The position numbers and the translations under genes are program-made. Shown one piece after another: positions 50,402 to 60,340 of a stretch of DNA of 64,000 bases (position 1 is the first letter of the stretch; every line of letters begins with the position of its first letter). This DNA is from a virus. The stretch spans positions 28,281 through 92,280 of IMG/VR virus record IMGVR_UViG_3300003873_000007. The stretch is one strand, 5' to 3'. The notes beneath the pieces were generated by a model, which made no database searches, was not told the DNA's origin, and saw only the letters and a list, made by a program, of their open reading frames with translations.

Positions 50402-51709
50402 ATGAAAAAAATAACAGAACTTAGACTCGAACCACTTGATAGAAAACCACAATTAGTACAACATTTTGTATCATTAGAAGGGGAGGGTGGCACAATCGGA
50501 AGAAGTGCATTGTATATCAGAACAGGTGAATGCTCATTACGTTGTAATTTTTGTTTCGGCTCACCTAAAGGTAAAAGAGAACCTAAAATTACAACATTAA
50601 ATCAAAAGCGTAAAAAATTAACAAAAATTGAAGTCGGTGATAAATTATTAACATATAATGATGACCAAGAACTGGTTGAAACAGAAGTGTATAATGTAGT
50701 TGATAGAGAAGTTGATAAATATTTAAAAATTAAAATTGACGATAAATTTTATTATGTTACACATGAACATCCATTTTTTACAACAAACGGTTTAAAAAGA
50801 GCAGATGAATTAAAAATTGGTGATGATATTATACACGGAAATGAGGAAGAATATAATATTCTTCGTATGAAAATAAATAATTCAATACATAATGAATCTA
50901 ATCAAAAACGATTAAATAAAACTGTTCAAAAAATTGAAGAAATTTCTGATAAATTAAAAGTTTATAATATATCATGTGCACCATATAATACATATCTGAT
51001 TGATGATATGTGGGTACATAATTGTGACACCGCTTATAGTGTAGAAGGGAAAGATGAACATAATATTGTTGATATGACAAGTGAAGAATATGTTAATTTA
51101 TTAAGAAAAGAATATTCTAGATCGCAACGCCAAAACATTTCAAATTTATCAATTACTGGCGGCGAACCTCTTTTAAATTTAAATTATATGAGAAAACTTA
51201 TACAATCAACATTAAAAGCATTCCCAAAAATTACTCAAATTATTTTTGAAACAAATGGTACAATGTTAAGTAAAGAACAAAACGCTTTTAAATTGATAGA
51301 ACAACTCGGATGTTTTCATCCACATCTAAAATTTATGTTGAGTATTTCTCCTAAACTTTCAGGAAAAATTAGCTACAGTAATATTAAAAATGATGAAGAA
51401 ATTTTAGATATATACAAAAATGTTCTTAATAATTACAAAGGTATATTAGATGCACATTTTGATATTCAATTAAAATTTGTACATAGTAATGTTCTAAGTA
51501 AATGGAATGAGACTTTAATTGATTATGCTTTATCTATGATTGACCCGTTACATAAAAATCAAATATTAATTATGCCGTTTACACCAGTTGACCCTTTAGG
51601 TAGAGATAAAGATTCTTGGAATTCATCAAAAGATGATGCTGCTAGATATGCAATGGATAATTATTTTAGATATAGTCCTAGAGTTCATGTTGATAGACGA
51701 TTAGATTAA
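50402..51709 (+). CDS. queE: 7-carboxy-7-deazaguanine synthase (radical SAM) containing a mini-intein
   Basis: SLEGEG...G, CSLRCNF[intein]CDT, ITGGEP, FETNGT, ISPKL, SPRVH. Confidence 0.9.
   Translation: MKKITELRLEPLDRKPQLVQHFVSLEGEGGTIGRSALYIRTGECSLRCNFCFGSPKGKREPKITTLNQKRKKLTKIEVGDKLLTYNDDQELVETEVYNVVDREVDKYLKIKIDDKFYYVTHEHPFFTTNGLKRADELKIGDDIIHGNEEEYNILRMKINNSIHNESNQKRLNKTVQKIEEISDKLKVYNISCAPYNTYLIDDMWVHNCDTAYSVEGKDEHNIVDMTSEEYVNLLRKEYSRSQRQNISNLSITGGEPLLNLNYMRKLIQSTLKAFPKITQIIFETNGTMLSKEQNAFKLIEQLGCFHPHLKFMLSISPKLSGKISYSNIKNDEEILDIYKNVLNNYKGILDAHFDIQLKFVHSNVLSKWNETLIDYALSMIDPLHKNQILIMPFTPVDPLGRDKDSWNSSKDDAARYAMDNYFRYSPRVHVDRRLD
50552..51022 (+). mobile_element. 157-aa mini-intein inside the CxxxCxxC motif of QueE
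   Basis: Starts Cys (CFG), IEVGD, VTHEHPF, LKIGD, VYNI, ends WVHN followed by Cys; no endonuclease domain. Confidence 0.9.
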
Positions 51710-53463
51710 GGATTTATTAAATGATAAATCCGTATGATAACAGTATACAATCGGACTATTACATAAAACCATCAATTGATTATTACGATAATGAATTAAA
51801 ACGTCGCGACACATTTAGAATTGATACTTATAATATTTTGATATATGAAGTTTCAAAAGACTCAATGCATTATAATCACAATTTACATTTGCTAACTCTT
51901 ACTAATATGGATATACGAATGTATACTCTTTTACAGTTACCAGATACTCGATTATTTTTAGACGTACTTGAAAATAGTGATATTAAATCATCAACCAGAT
52001 TTAAAATTACAAATGTTCACTTAATTAATGAGGAAGATGGTTTATACAATATTCAATTATCAATGATTAGTGATTATGTTTTTGATATGTTAAATTCAAA
52101 TAAATATGCTAGTATATCCATATCAGATGTAAATGTTCAACTGACATCATTTGAACTGATTTCTAAAATTATTCAACAAATGGTATCCGATCATGGAACA
52201 AAAGTTGATGCAAACTATACAAATGCTGGAGAATTAAAGAATTTATTATCATATGTTAGGATCCCTGATAATTTAAATGATTTTGAGATTTTTAATTATT
52301 TATTTGATACTTATCCTCCTTATCTTTTAGCTCCTTATCTTATCTTCGATGACTTTAATATTAGACAAAATAGTAAAAGTGACTTTAGTATAATCCTTTT
52401 AAATATTTGTGATATTAATGGGAGCTATCCTTTAAAAAATATTAAAAGCATACCTGGTACAGTAACTGGTTATGTTGAACATTTAGACAGTAAACCGTTG
52501 CTAAATTATAATGAAGTTTTTGAAGAATTACAAGCAACTTTAATAATAAAAAATGAGAATGAGAATAAAGTATTTGAATTGAAACCTGCTCAAACATCAA
52601 GACATTCAAATAAGATTAAACACATAAACAGTTCGCTAACAATCGAATCATTTAAACAAAAAATGATTATGCGAAAAATTTTAGCGGAATATGAAGCAAG
52701 TATAGAAACATATATTTATGATGATATAAATTTATCTGATATTATATTTGGTGAAGTATACAATATAAATAATAGTTTAATTTATAATTATTTACCAGTT
52801 AGTTTCTTTTATAAATTTATAAAAAAACAAGATAATAGTTTTAAATTGGAAACAAAAATAGAATTTCTTAGACTTCCAGGGAGTCTAATAACAAAAGGAT
52901 GGTGATGGCAAAACAAAACGATGCAATCAGCAGTCTAATTAATCCTTTATATTTTAAAATGATTAAAAATGCTGTTGTAAAACATGGTAGAATTAATGTT
53001 CAAGCTCTTTCTGAAAAGTTTAATATTCTACCAGGAAATACATATTTTCGAAACTTTATAAAAGACAATGATCAAAATTATCTAGGAACCAATGGATTAA
53101 AAAGTATTTTAAATGTATGTGGATATACTATTCGATTAGTTCCTGTTAAAAAAAGTGATATTGATACGATGACATATATTGAAAAGTTGACAGCTGAATC
53201 GTTTACTGATATTAGTGAAAAAATTAGTAAACAAGCAGAGATGTTAAAACGACCTCCAAAAAAAGAAAAGAAAAATAGTCCAAGAATAATAGCAAACGCT
53301 AAATTAATTAATGATAGTATAATGGGAATTTCATCTGATGATATTAACGATATATTTGATGATGATAACGATGATTTAATTATAGGAACATTTGATGATT
53401 TGGATGATTTACCGGACATTGAAATCGATCCTATAAAATTAGCGGAACATCTAAAAGAAAACG

Positions 53464-53506
53464 ATCTATAAAGATATTTTATATTAATATAGAAATAATA
53501 TATAAC
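53464..53506 (+). promoter_or_regulatory. Putative phage promoter (copy 3)
   Basis: ATCTATAAAGAT-N14-TAGAAATAATATATAAC upstream of 53519. Confidence 0.55.
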
Positions 53507-53518
53507 TAAAGGATATAA

Positions 53519-55063
53519 ATGAAATATATTAGCGTAACTTCTCCAGGAACTGATATGGCAAAACCTATATTTAATTATTTTAATAAATATTTAATTTCGT
53601 TAGGTGAACCAATCACGAATAATTCATGGGATGCATTAAAATTGATGAAACATTTAGATAAAATTCTTGAAGAGAAACCTGAAGATTATAAATTATATAT
53701 TGATTCGGGTGGGTTTCAAATTATAGTAGGATATGTTGAATCTGATAGAATTTATAGTTACATAAATGTTTATCATACATTGTTAAAAAAATATAAAGAT
53801 AAAATTGAAACAATTTTTGGGTTAGATGTTTATTCTGATAGTTTTATGAAAACTTTTAAAACGCTTCCTCCAATTTATAGAGAATCTGAGCATTCACTTG
53901 GTAAGATTATTGCAAAACCGTCACGAAATGTTCCAATTTTTCCGGATACATATATTAAAGAAGATATGTTAGATTTTTATGATGCAAATAAATATAGCAT
54001 GTTAAAATCAATAGAACTAATAAAAGAATTTCCAGAGATTGCAAATAAACAAATTTTTATTTTACAGTCATCAAATATCATAACATTTAACATATGGAAA
54101 GATCTTTTTGATGAATTAGAAGTTTATAAATATTATAAAAGATGGTCAATTGGTGGATTGGTTGGATTAAAAAAATCAACAAATGCTAGATTTAGCCACG
54201 CTGTTCCAGCAACTCTTTGGTTACTTACCCAACAGAGATTACATAATTTTGAAATTGATCAAATCCACTGGCTAGGTCAAAGTTCAAGACTCAGTTTTTT
54301 AAGCATGGCGTTATTTGAAAAAATATATGGAATTAACATGACTAGTGATAGTTCTCAGTTAGTTCGATTTGCTCCTCTCGAAGCAAAATTACCATACATA
54401 ATTAAACAAGATGATGATTTTGAATTAATTTCAAGTAAATCTGAAGTAGTTAAAATGTTTAATAACCATTCAATTAAGGATGCAAAATGTTTTATAAAAG
54501 TAACCAGTGCTAGCAATATTGTTGAGATGAAGAGTCCACAACAATTAAAAATTATTGAAAATAATCTAAAAGATGGAAAGGTTTTTTATTTTGATCAAAT
54601 AATATATGATCAAATATTAAATTCAAAAGAAGAGATGTATTTTCAATTAACAACTGAACAGTATTTTAAATTAACTGGTAAATTAGATAATCAAACATTT
54701 ATCGAATTTCAATCTCAAAATTTATCAGCTGACTTAGAATTTGGAAATTTTATTATTAACAAGATTATGAAACTAGTAAAATATAAAATTAATGATGAAG
54801 AAGTTTCATTTGAAGATTTTAAAAGTTCCTCTGATCAAAAAAAATTTACAATCTCAACGGGGATTGATGCAATTGATACAGTTGAAGATATAAAATGTTT
54901 ACATCCGATTATGAATAGAGGCAGAACATCGTTAGAGTTATTTAACAATATTAAATATTTTAAACAATTTGCTCCTATCATTAAAGAAAAAGATATACAA
55001 AAAGCTAATCATATCATGGATACAATTGTTTTAAATTATAATAAATATTTTAAAAGTAAATAA
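53519..55063 (+). CDS. dpdA: TGT-fold transglycosylase, DpdA-like (7-deazaguanine insertion)
   Basis: YIDSGGFQ, FILQ, SIGGLVG, IHWLG, TSDSS motifs, in the context of que genes. Confidence 0.7.
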   Translation: MKYISVTSPGTDMAKPIFNYFNKYLISLGEPITNNSWDALKLMKHLDKILEEKPEDYKLYIDSGGFQIIVGYVESDRIYSYINVYHTLLKKYKDKIETIFGLDVYSDSFMKTFKTLPPIYRESEHSLGKIIAKPSRNVPIFPDTYIKEDMLDFYDANKYSMLKSIELIKEFPEIANKQIFILQSSNIITFNIWKDLFDELEVYKYYKRWSIGGLVGLKKSTNARFSHAVPATLWLLTQQRLHNFEIDQIHWLGQSSRLSFLSMALFEKIYGINMTSDSSQLVRFAPLEAKLPYIIKQDDDFELISSKSEVVKMFNNHSIKDAKCFIKVTSASNIVEMKSPQQLKIIENNLKDGKVFYFDQIIYDQILNSKEEMYFQLTTEQYFKLTGKLDNQTFIEFQSQNLSADLEFGNFIINKIMKLVKYKINDEEVSFEDFKSSSDQKKFTISTGIDAIDTVEDIKCLHPIMNRGRTSLELFNNIKYFKQFAPIIKEKDIQKANHIMDTIVLNYNKYFKSK

Positions 55064-55066
55064 TCT

Positions 55067-55151
55067 ACGTCAATGATATGTGACGTTAAACTATCCGGAT
55101 ATAAGGTGTGATATAAATCATTAACAATATTTAAACGTTGCAACGTTTAAA
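55067..55151 (+). promoter_or_regulatory. ssb leader: possible H-type pseudoknot plus a 22-bp palindrome
   Basis: ACGTCA/TGACGT stem whose loop GATA can pair with TATC at 55092-55095; TTTAAACGTTGCAACGTTTAAA at 55130-55151 just before the RBS. Confidence 0.45.
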
Positions 55152-55170
55152 ATTTTAAAGGAAAAATATA

Positions 55171-56076
55171 ATGGCAAAAAATTTAACAATCAACAACGCA
55201 ATCATCCAGTACGCTTTTTTAGAAAGAGTAAACCCAATTTCAAACAAGTATAGCTTTGAGTGTTTAATTCCACAAGATCATCCACAAATTCAAGAAGTTA
55301 TGGCAGCGTGTTCTGCAGAATGGGCAACTGTTGGCGCAGGTCAACCAGAAACATCTGCTCAATCAATTGGATACAATTGGACTCTACCAAATGATGTAAA
55401 ACATATTCATGCTGATGTTGCTCCTATGCTTAATCCAAATTTACAATATTTACGTTTTAGAGGTGTACAAGAAGCTAATGTTGCACCAGAAAAAAATACT
55501 AAAATTTATGCAAATATGTTAGCTGAAGATGGAGTAACTTTAGTATCTGCTGAGGTTCCTAATCGTTCAATTATTGGTGATGGTACAATTGCAAATGTAA
55601 ATGTAAATGCTTTTGGTTATCAAGCATCTGGTCAAAAAGGAGTGAAATTCTACGGGCAATGGCTTCAAATTGTAGATTTAAAAGAATCTAAGTATGCTGG
55701 AGCGGGCGTTCCACCAGCACCTGCTGCTAATGGTTACGTAGCTCCAGCTGAACTATTCGCAGCTCCTGTTAATGCTGCTCCTGTGGTACCTGTTAATGCC
55801 GCTCCAGTGACTACACCTGTAGCACCTGTTAATGCTGCTCCTACTGCACCTGTGACTACACCTGTAGTACCGGTTAATGCTGCTCCTACCGCTCCTGTTA
55901 ATACTGCACCTGTAGCACCTGTAGCACCTGTAGCACCGGTTAATGCTGCTCCTACTGCACCTGTAGCACCTGTTAATGCTGCTCCTACTGCTCCTACTGC
56001 TCCTACTGCACCTGTAGCACCTGTAGCACCTGTAGCACCTGTAGCACCTGTAGCACCTGTAGCACCTACTGCATAA
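55171..56076 (+). CDS. ssb: Single-stranded DNA-binding protein (T7 gp2.5/DUF2815-like) with long Ala-Pro-Val-Thr tail
   Basis: [27 protein letters not shown]....KGVKFY...LQIVDL; ~110-aa low-complexity tail. Confidence 0.65.
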   Translation: MAKNLTINNAIIQYAFLERVNPISNKYSFECLIPQDHPQIQEVMAACSAEWATVGAGQPETSAQSIGYNWTLPNDVKHIHADVAPMLNPNLQYLRFRGVQEANVAPEKNTKIYANMLAEDGVTLVSAEVPNRSIIGDGTIANVNVNAFGYQASGQKGVKFYGQWLQIVDLKESKYAGAGVPPAPAANGYVAPAELFAAPVNAAPVVPVNAAPVTTPVAPVNAAPTAPVTTPVVPVNAAPTAPVNTAPVAPVAPVAPVNAAPTAPVAPVNAAPTAPTAPTAPVAPVAPVAPVAPVAPVAPTA

Positions 56077-56081
56077 TCAAG

Positions 56082-56119
56082 ATAAGAAACTTTTAAAATT
56101 TTTAAAAAAAGTTTCTTAT
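56082..56119 (+). terminator. Hairpin after ssb
   Basis: ATAAGAAACTTTT/AAAAGTTTCTTAT inverted repeat. Confidence 0.5.
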
Positions 56120-56128
56120 TTAAAAAAC

Positions 56129-56977
56129 GGATATGATTATTCAAAAGTTAATTATATTAATTCAACAACAAAAGTTGAAATAATATGTCAATTACATGGC
56201 AGTTTTTGGCAGAGACCTAAAGATCATATTAATCAAAAACAAGGATGTCCTATATGTGTAGGGCATTCTTTAACAACAAAAGATTGGATTCATAGATTTA
56301 TAGAAATACATAAAGATGAATATGATTATTCAAAAGTTAATTATATTAATTCAACAACAAAAGTTGAAATAATATGTCAATTACATGGTAGTTTTTTTTC
56401 AACACCTATAAATCATTATCATAATAAATCAAAATGTTCAAAATGTTATGGTAATGATCAAGACTTTAAAAAATTATTTATACAAAAAGCGACAAAAATT
56501 CATAATTATGATTATTCAAAAGTTAATTATATTAATTCAACAACAAAAGTTGAAATAATATGTCAATCACATGGTAGTTTTTGGCAGCGACCGAAAGATC
56601 ATATTAATCAAAAAAATGGATGTCCTATTTGTAATGAAAGTTCAGGTGAAAAACAAATACGATTAATTTTAGAGTCATTGAATATCCAATATATACAAGA
56701 AAAACGATTTGATGATTGTAAACATATCAATACTTTACCATTTGATTTTTATTTACCAGATTATGATATTTGTATAGAATTTGATGGTATTCAACATTTT
56801 GAAGAAATTAGTTTTTTTAATACAAATGATAGTTTTGATAATATTCAAAAACGTGATGATATAAAAACTAAATATTGTTTAGATAACAATATTAAATTAA
56901 TTAGAATAAAATATTCTGATATAGTATTAGATAAATTAAAATTTTTGGAGAAATTCAAAATAAAGGAAAATATATGA
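56129..56977 (+). pseudogene. Homing endonuclease-like gene lacking a start codon (5'-truncated)
   Basis: Frame is open from ~56063 with three [22 protein letters not shown] repeats, in frame with 56678..56977 (FDFYLPDYDICIEFDGIQHF); no in-frame ATG. Confidence 0.7.
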
Positions 56978-57576
56978 AATGGATAATAGATAAATCATTT
57001 AGTTTTTGCTATGGTCATAGAGTACATAATCAGAGATTAAATACAAAATTTACAGAATCAGGTGATGCATGTTTAGCGTGCAGACATTTACATGGACATG
57101 AAGGACTAGTAAAAGTATTTTTAGAAGAATCTGATGAAGGTTCTAATATAAAAGATACTGGAATGGTCACAGATTTTAAACATTTAGGTTGGTTTAAAAA
57201 CTTTCTTGATGATGCATTAGATCATAAATTTATTATGGATATTAAAGACCCACTATTTAAAGAAGAATTTAATTATTGTTTAACACATAATGATATTTTA
57301 TCAAATGTTGTTAAATTGAAAGAAGGTTTTTGGGTTCCAGACCTTACACAAATTCGAGAATTTTTAGATTTAAAAGGTCTATCAGAAAACGAATCAAATG
57401 CAATATTTGAAAAGTATGAAGGTGCTATTTTCGTAGACTTTGTTCCTACCTCCGAAAATCTTAGTGCTTGGTTACTTTCAGTTGTCCAAGAAAAAATGAA
57501 AGATCTTCCAAACGTCAGAGTTAAAGCTGTTGAATACTGGGAAACTCCTAAGAGTCATTGTAGAGTAGAATCGTGA
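56974..57576 (+). CDS. queD: 6-carboxy-5,6,7,8-tetrahydropterin synthase
   Basis: FCYGHR, CRHLHGH, DF, LDHKF, PTSENL, WETPKS. Confidence 0.92.
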   Translation: MKWIIDKSFSFCYGHRVHNQRLNTKFTESGDACLACRHLHGHEGLVKVFLEESDEGSNIKDTGMVTDFKHLGWFKNFLDDALDHKFIMDIKDPLFKEEFNYCLTHNDILSNVVKLKEGFWVPDLTQIREFLDLKGLSENESNAIFEKYEGAIFVDFVPTSENLSAWLLSVVQEKMKDLPNVRVKAVEYWETPKSHCRVES

Positions 57577-57825
57577 TACATAAAGGATTTAAAAGAGATA
57601 TATCGATAGGTGATCAACAATTTAGATTTCTTGTAAATGATCAAACTTATATTGTTGTTATAACTAAAAAAGGATATAATTTAATTATATTTGAAGAATC
57701 TGATATATTACATGAGTATAAAAAAATGAACTTAGATAAATTGAATACTTTATTACCTAAAGATATGCAGATTACCAAAGATCATATAATTTATATATTA
57801 ACAGCAGATAAAGATATATAATTCG

Positions 57826-57857
57826 AAAAGTAATTGCGTTTAAACGCAATTACTTTT
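57826..57857. terminator. Perfect 32-bp palindrome, probable intrinsic terminator
   Basis: AAAAGTAATTGCGTTTAAACGCAATTACTTTT right after the stop of 57573..57821, ending in a T-tract. Confidence 0.7.
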
Positions 57858-58532
57858 TCTTGTCGATGATTTCATTGATCAAGGAAATATGAAGCTAATT
57901 TCTATATTAAAAGGATATATAATGTTAGATTGTTTATCAAATGAATACATACATACCATGTTAATGTCTTTATATGAAGATAGTTATAGTGTACCTGAAA
58001 TAGAACCAGGTAAATTTAAATTTGAGAAATCGTTTTATAATGAATTTACAGATTTTAATAATGAATATTATAATTATTTTTTAGGACAATTACATATATT
58101 GTATGATTTAAACGAAGATTGTGTAGATAAAGAATATCGAAAATTATTAGAAGATGCTCATGAATTTTCAATATTAGAAAAAATGTAAAGGAATAAAATG
58201 AAGAGAAAGTTTATTTTAAAATTTGATATAAAAAATGGTAACATAAGATGTGATATGTATCAAGCGGAAAGTATTCGAATACAAGGTCGAGCAGAAACAA
58301 TACTACTTGATGATATCACAAAAGGTGCAGTTCATCATTCATTAAATTATTTATTAATGAAACTAGATGATGAATTTGATATTGGATTTAAAAAAAATTC
58401 TATAAATAATATCAAAACATGGATTCATATAAATATTTTTAAAGTTTATATTAAACACGATATGCCTAATATGTTAAAAGATGGCATTAAGAAGTTATTA
58501 AATAAAAACACAATAATAGTTGAGGATTAAAT

Positions 58533-59003
58533 ATGCAATTAAATATGCAAATAAATAATACAGCGGATAAAAATAAAGAATATCAAAATACAAATATATG
58601 TTTTAGAACAGTGCTAAAAAATACGGGTCCAAACATAAGAGGTTATGTATATACACCGTCATTATTAAAGTCAATTGAATCTCAATTAGAAAATAAATCA
58701 ATACTAGCGGAATACAATATACCTGATGTAAAAAAAGCTACAATTATTGATTTAAATAATGTTTGTGCAAGAATATCTGGAGTCACATATGATGATACAA
58801 ATGAACAACTAATTGGTGAGATAACAGTACTCAATAATGTTAAAGGAGAATTGTTAAAAGATCATATTTCGAATGAATTTCCTATTAGTTTTGGAGTACG
58901 AGGACTTATAAAAACAAGTAGTCCAACAGAAATAAAAGAAATTAATATTTTAACATTTGATGTTATAACTGAACCTGAAAATATATGGCCGAAACATGAA
59001 TAA
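58533..59003 (+). CDS. Prohead protease (T4 gp21-like) homolog, probably catalytically inactive
   Basis: N.RG.VY, LAEYNIP (cf. LGELNHP), ID...V...I, G.LLK, FGVRG (cf. VSSRG), TFDVITEP. Confidence 0.6.
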   Translation: MQLNMQINNTADKNKEYQNTNICFRTVLKNTGPNIRGYVYTPSLLKSIESQLENKSILAEYNIPDVKKATIIDLNNVCARISGVTYDDTNEQLIGEITVLNNVKGELLKDHISNEFPISFGVRGLIKTSSPTEIKEINILTFDVITEPENIWPKHE

Positions 59004-59083
59004 TGTAGAAATCTTATATATAATAATTAGTGCATATGTTATTTTTAAAAGTTATTATATCTATAAATTAAAATGAGAATAAA

Positions 59084-60340
59084 ATGGGAATTGAATATAA
59101 ACAAAATGACATAAAAAGATTAGCTGCCCATTTGAAAACATTAGGGGCTTATGTTCAGGCACCTAAGCCTCAATTAATTGGATTAAGTGACTATCAAGTA
59201 GTTGGGAGCCAAGATGCTAAATCACTGTATCCAACTATTATGGTATTATTAAATATTGGATATGATACGTTAAGAGGTCGATTATATGATTATGACATAG
59301 TTGGTAATTTATATAATATGCTATTAAAAGTTTTTGAAATAAAAAAAGAAAGAGATGATACTGTAGAAATTGCAACTAATAACTTTAAAGGAGCTTTAAG
59401 AAATTTAGCAAAAGATTATACCAATCGTGAGAAATTAAAAGAATCTAAAAAAGAATTCATTGAATTTACAACTGATTTTTATGGCGAATGTTTTAGAAAA
59501 ATTGTAAATTATAACGGTTCATTTGAAGAAATTTTAACTCCACATAATGATGAAACTTATTATTTATTAAAAAGTGCATTGTATCCTTTATTCGAAGCAT
59601 TCACTTGGATTAGTCCTAGAAATAAAGGTTATAGTACAATCATTATTGATCATGTTTTTTATAACTCAACTTTTGATGAAAAATATAAAGATAAAAAATT
59701 TATATTTTTTGAAAATATAAATTCAAGTAAGACGCAAGTAAAAATATATAATTTAGAAGAATTTCATACAAATGTTAGTTCAAAATATATTCTTAATCCA
59801 TACGGAACAGTTTTTGACAAACATGATGATAATAAGAGTTTTGAAGTAGATTTAATTCTTGGAGGAATGTCTGATAGAGGATATGTAAAAAATCAAATGT
59901 TAATTATCGAAGCGATTGTTCAAAACTGGGGAAAATTATCACAGATTCAACAAGCAGCTTTCATATTAGATCATGAAAAATTAAACCCTGTAATAGCAGA
60001 AGAAGTTATCTCTTTGGTTGGTGCCTCAGATGAGAAAACGAAAAAGTGGCAACTAAATAATTTATTAAGTATTACATTTGAAACGGTTGTAACCGAAGAA
60101 AAATTGAATGCTAGATTAGAATTAGCAGCTTCTCAAAGAAACTCAAAGAGTAATGGTATTAAAGTAACATTAAACTCTGGATACGGAATATACGGAATGG
60201 CAACTTGGAATTATGGAAATAACCTTATAGCAAATTCGATAACAACTGGAGGGAAAATATATGGTATTAAATTGTTCCAACAAGTTGCAAGTAATAAACT
60301 TAAAGTTGAACGAGCTAAAATTCAAAGTATTGCCAGTTAA
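59084..60340 (+). CDS. polB: DNA polymerase B palm motif A plus fingers motif B as a separate gene
   Basis: GAYVQAP, DAKSLYPTIM..LNI, KVTLNSGYG, ANSITTGG; ends before motif C. Confidence 0.9.
   Translation: MGIEYKQNDIKRLAAHLKTLGAYVQAPKPQLIGLSDYQVVGSQDAKSLYPTIMVLLNIGYDTLRGRLYDYDIVGNLYNMLLKVFEIKKERDDTVEIATNNFKGALRNLAKDYTNREKLKESKKEFIEFTTDFYGECFRKIVNYNGSFEEILTPHNDETYYLLKSALYPLFEAFTWISPRNKGYSTIIIDHVFYNSTFDEKYKDKKFIFFENINSSKTQVKIYNLEEFHTNVSSKYILNPYGTVFDKHDDNKSFEVDLILGGMSDRGYVKNQMLIIEAIVQNWGKLSQIQQAAFILDHEKLNPVIAEEVISLVGASDEKTKKWQLNNLLSITFETVVTEEKLNARLELAASQRNSKSNGIKVTLNSGYGIYGMATWNYGNNLIANSITTGGKIYGIKLFQQVASNKLKVERAKIQSIAS

Noticed and set aside
55067-55100. preQ1 riboswitch, tempting given the que genes
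   Set aside because: The loop and A-rich tail do not match the preQ1-I consensus, and the downstream gene is ssb
55734-56144. Minus-strand 136-aa collagen-like GAT/GAV ORF
   Set aside because: Antisense shadow of the APV repeats in ssb
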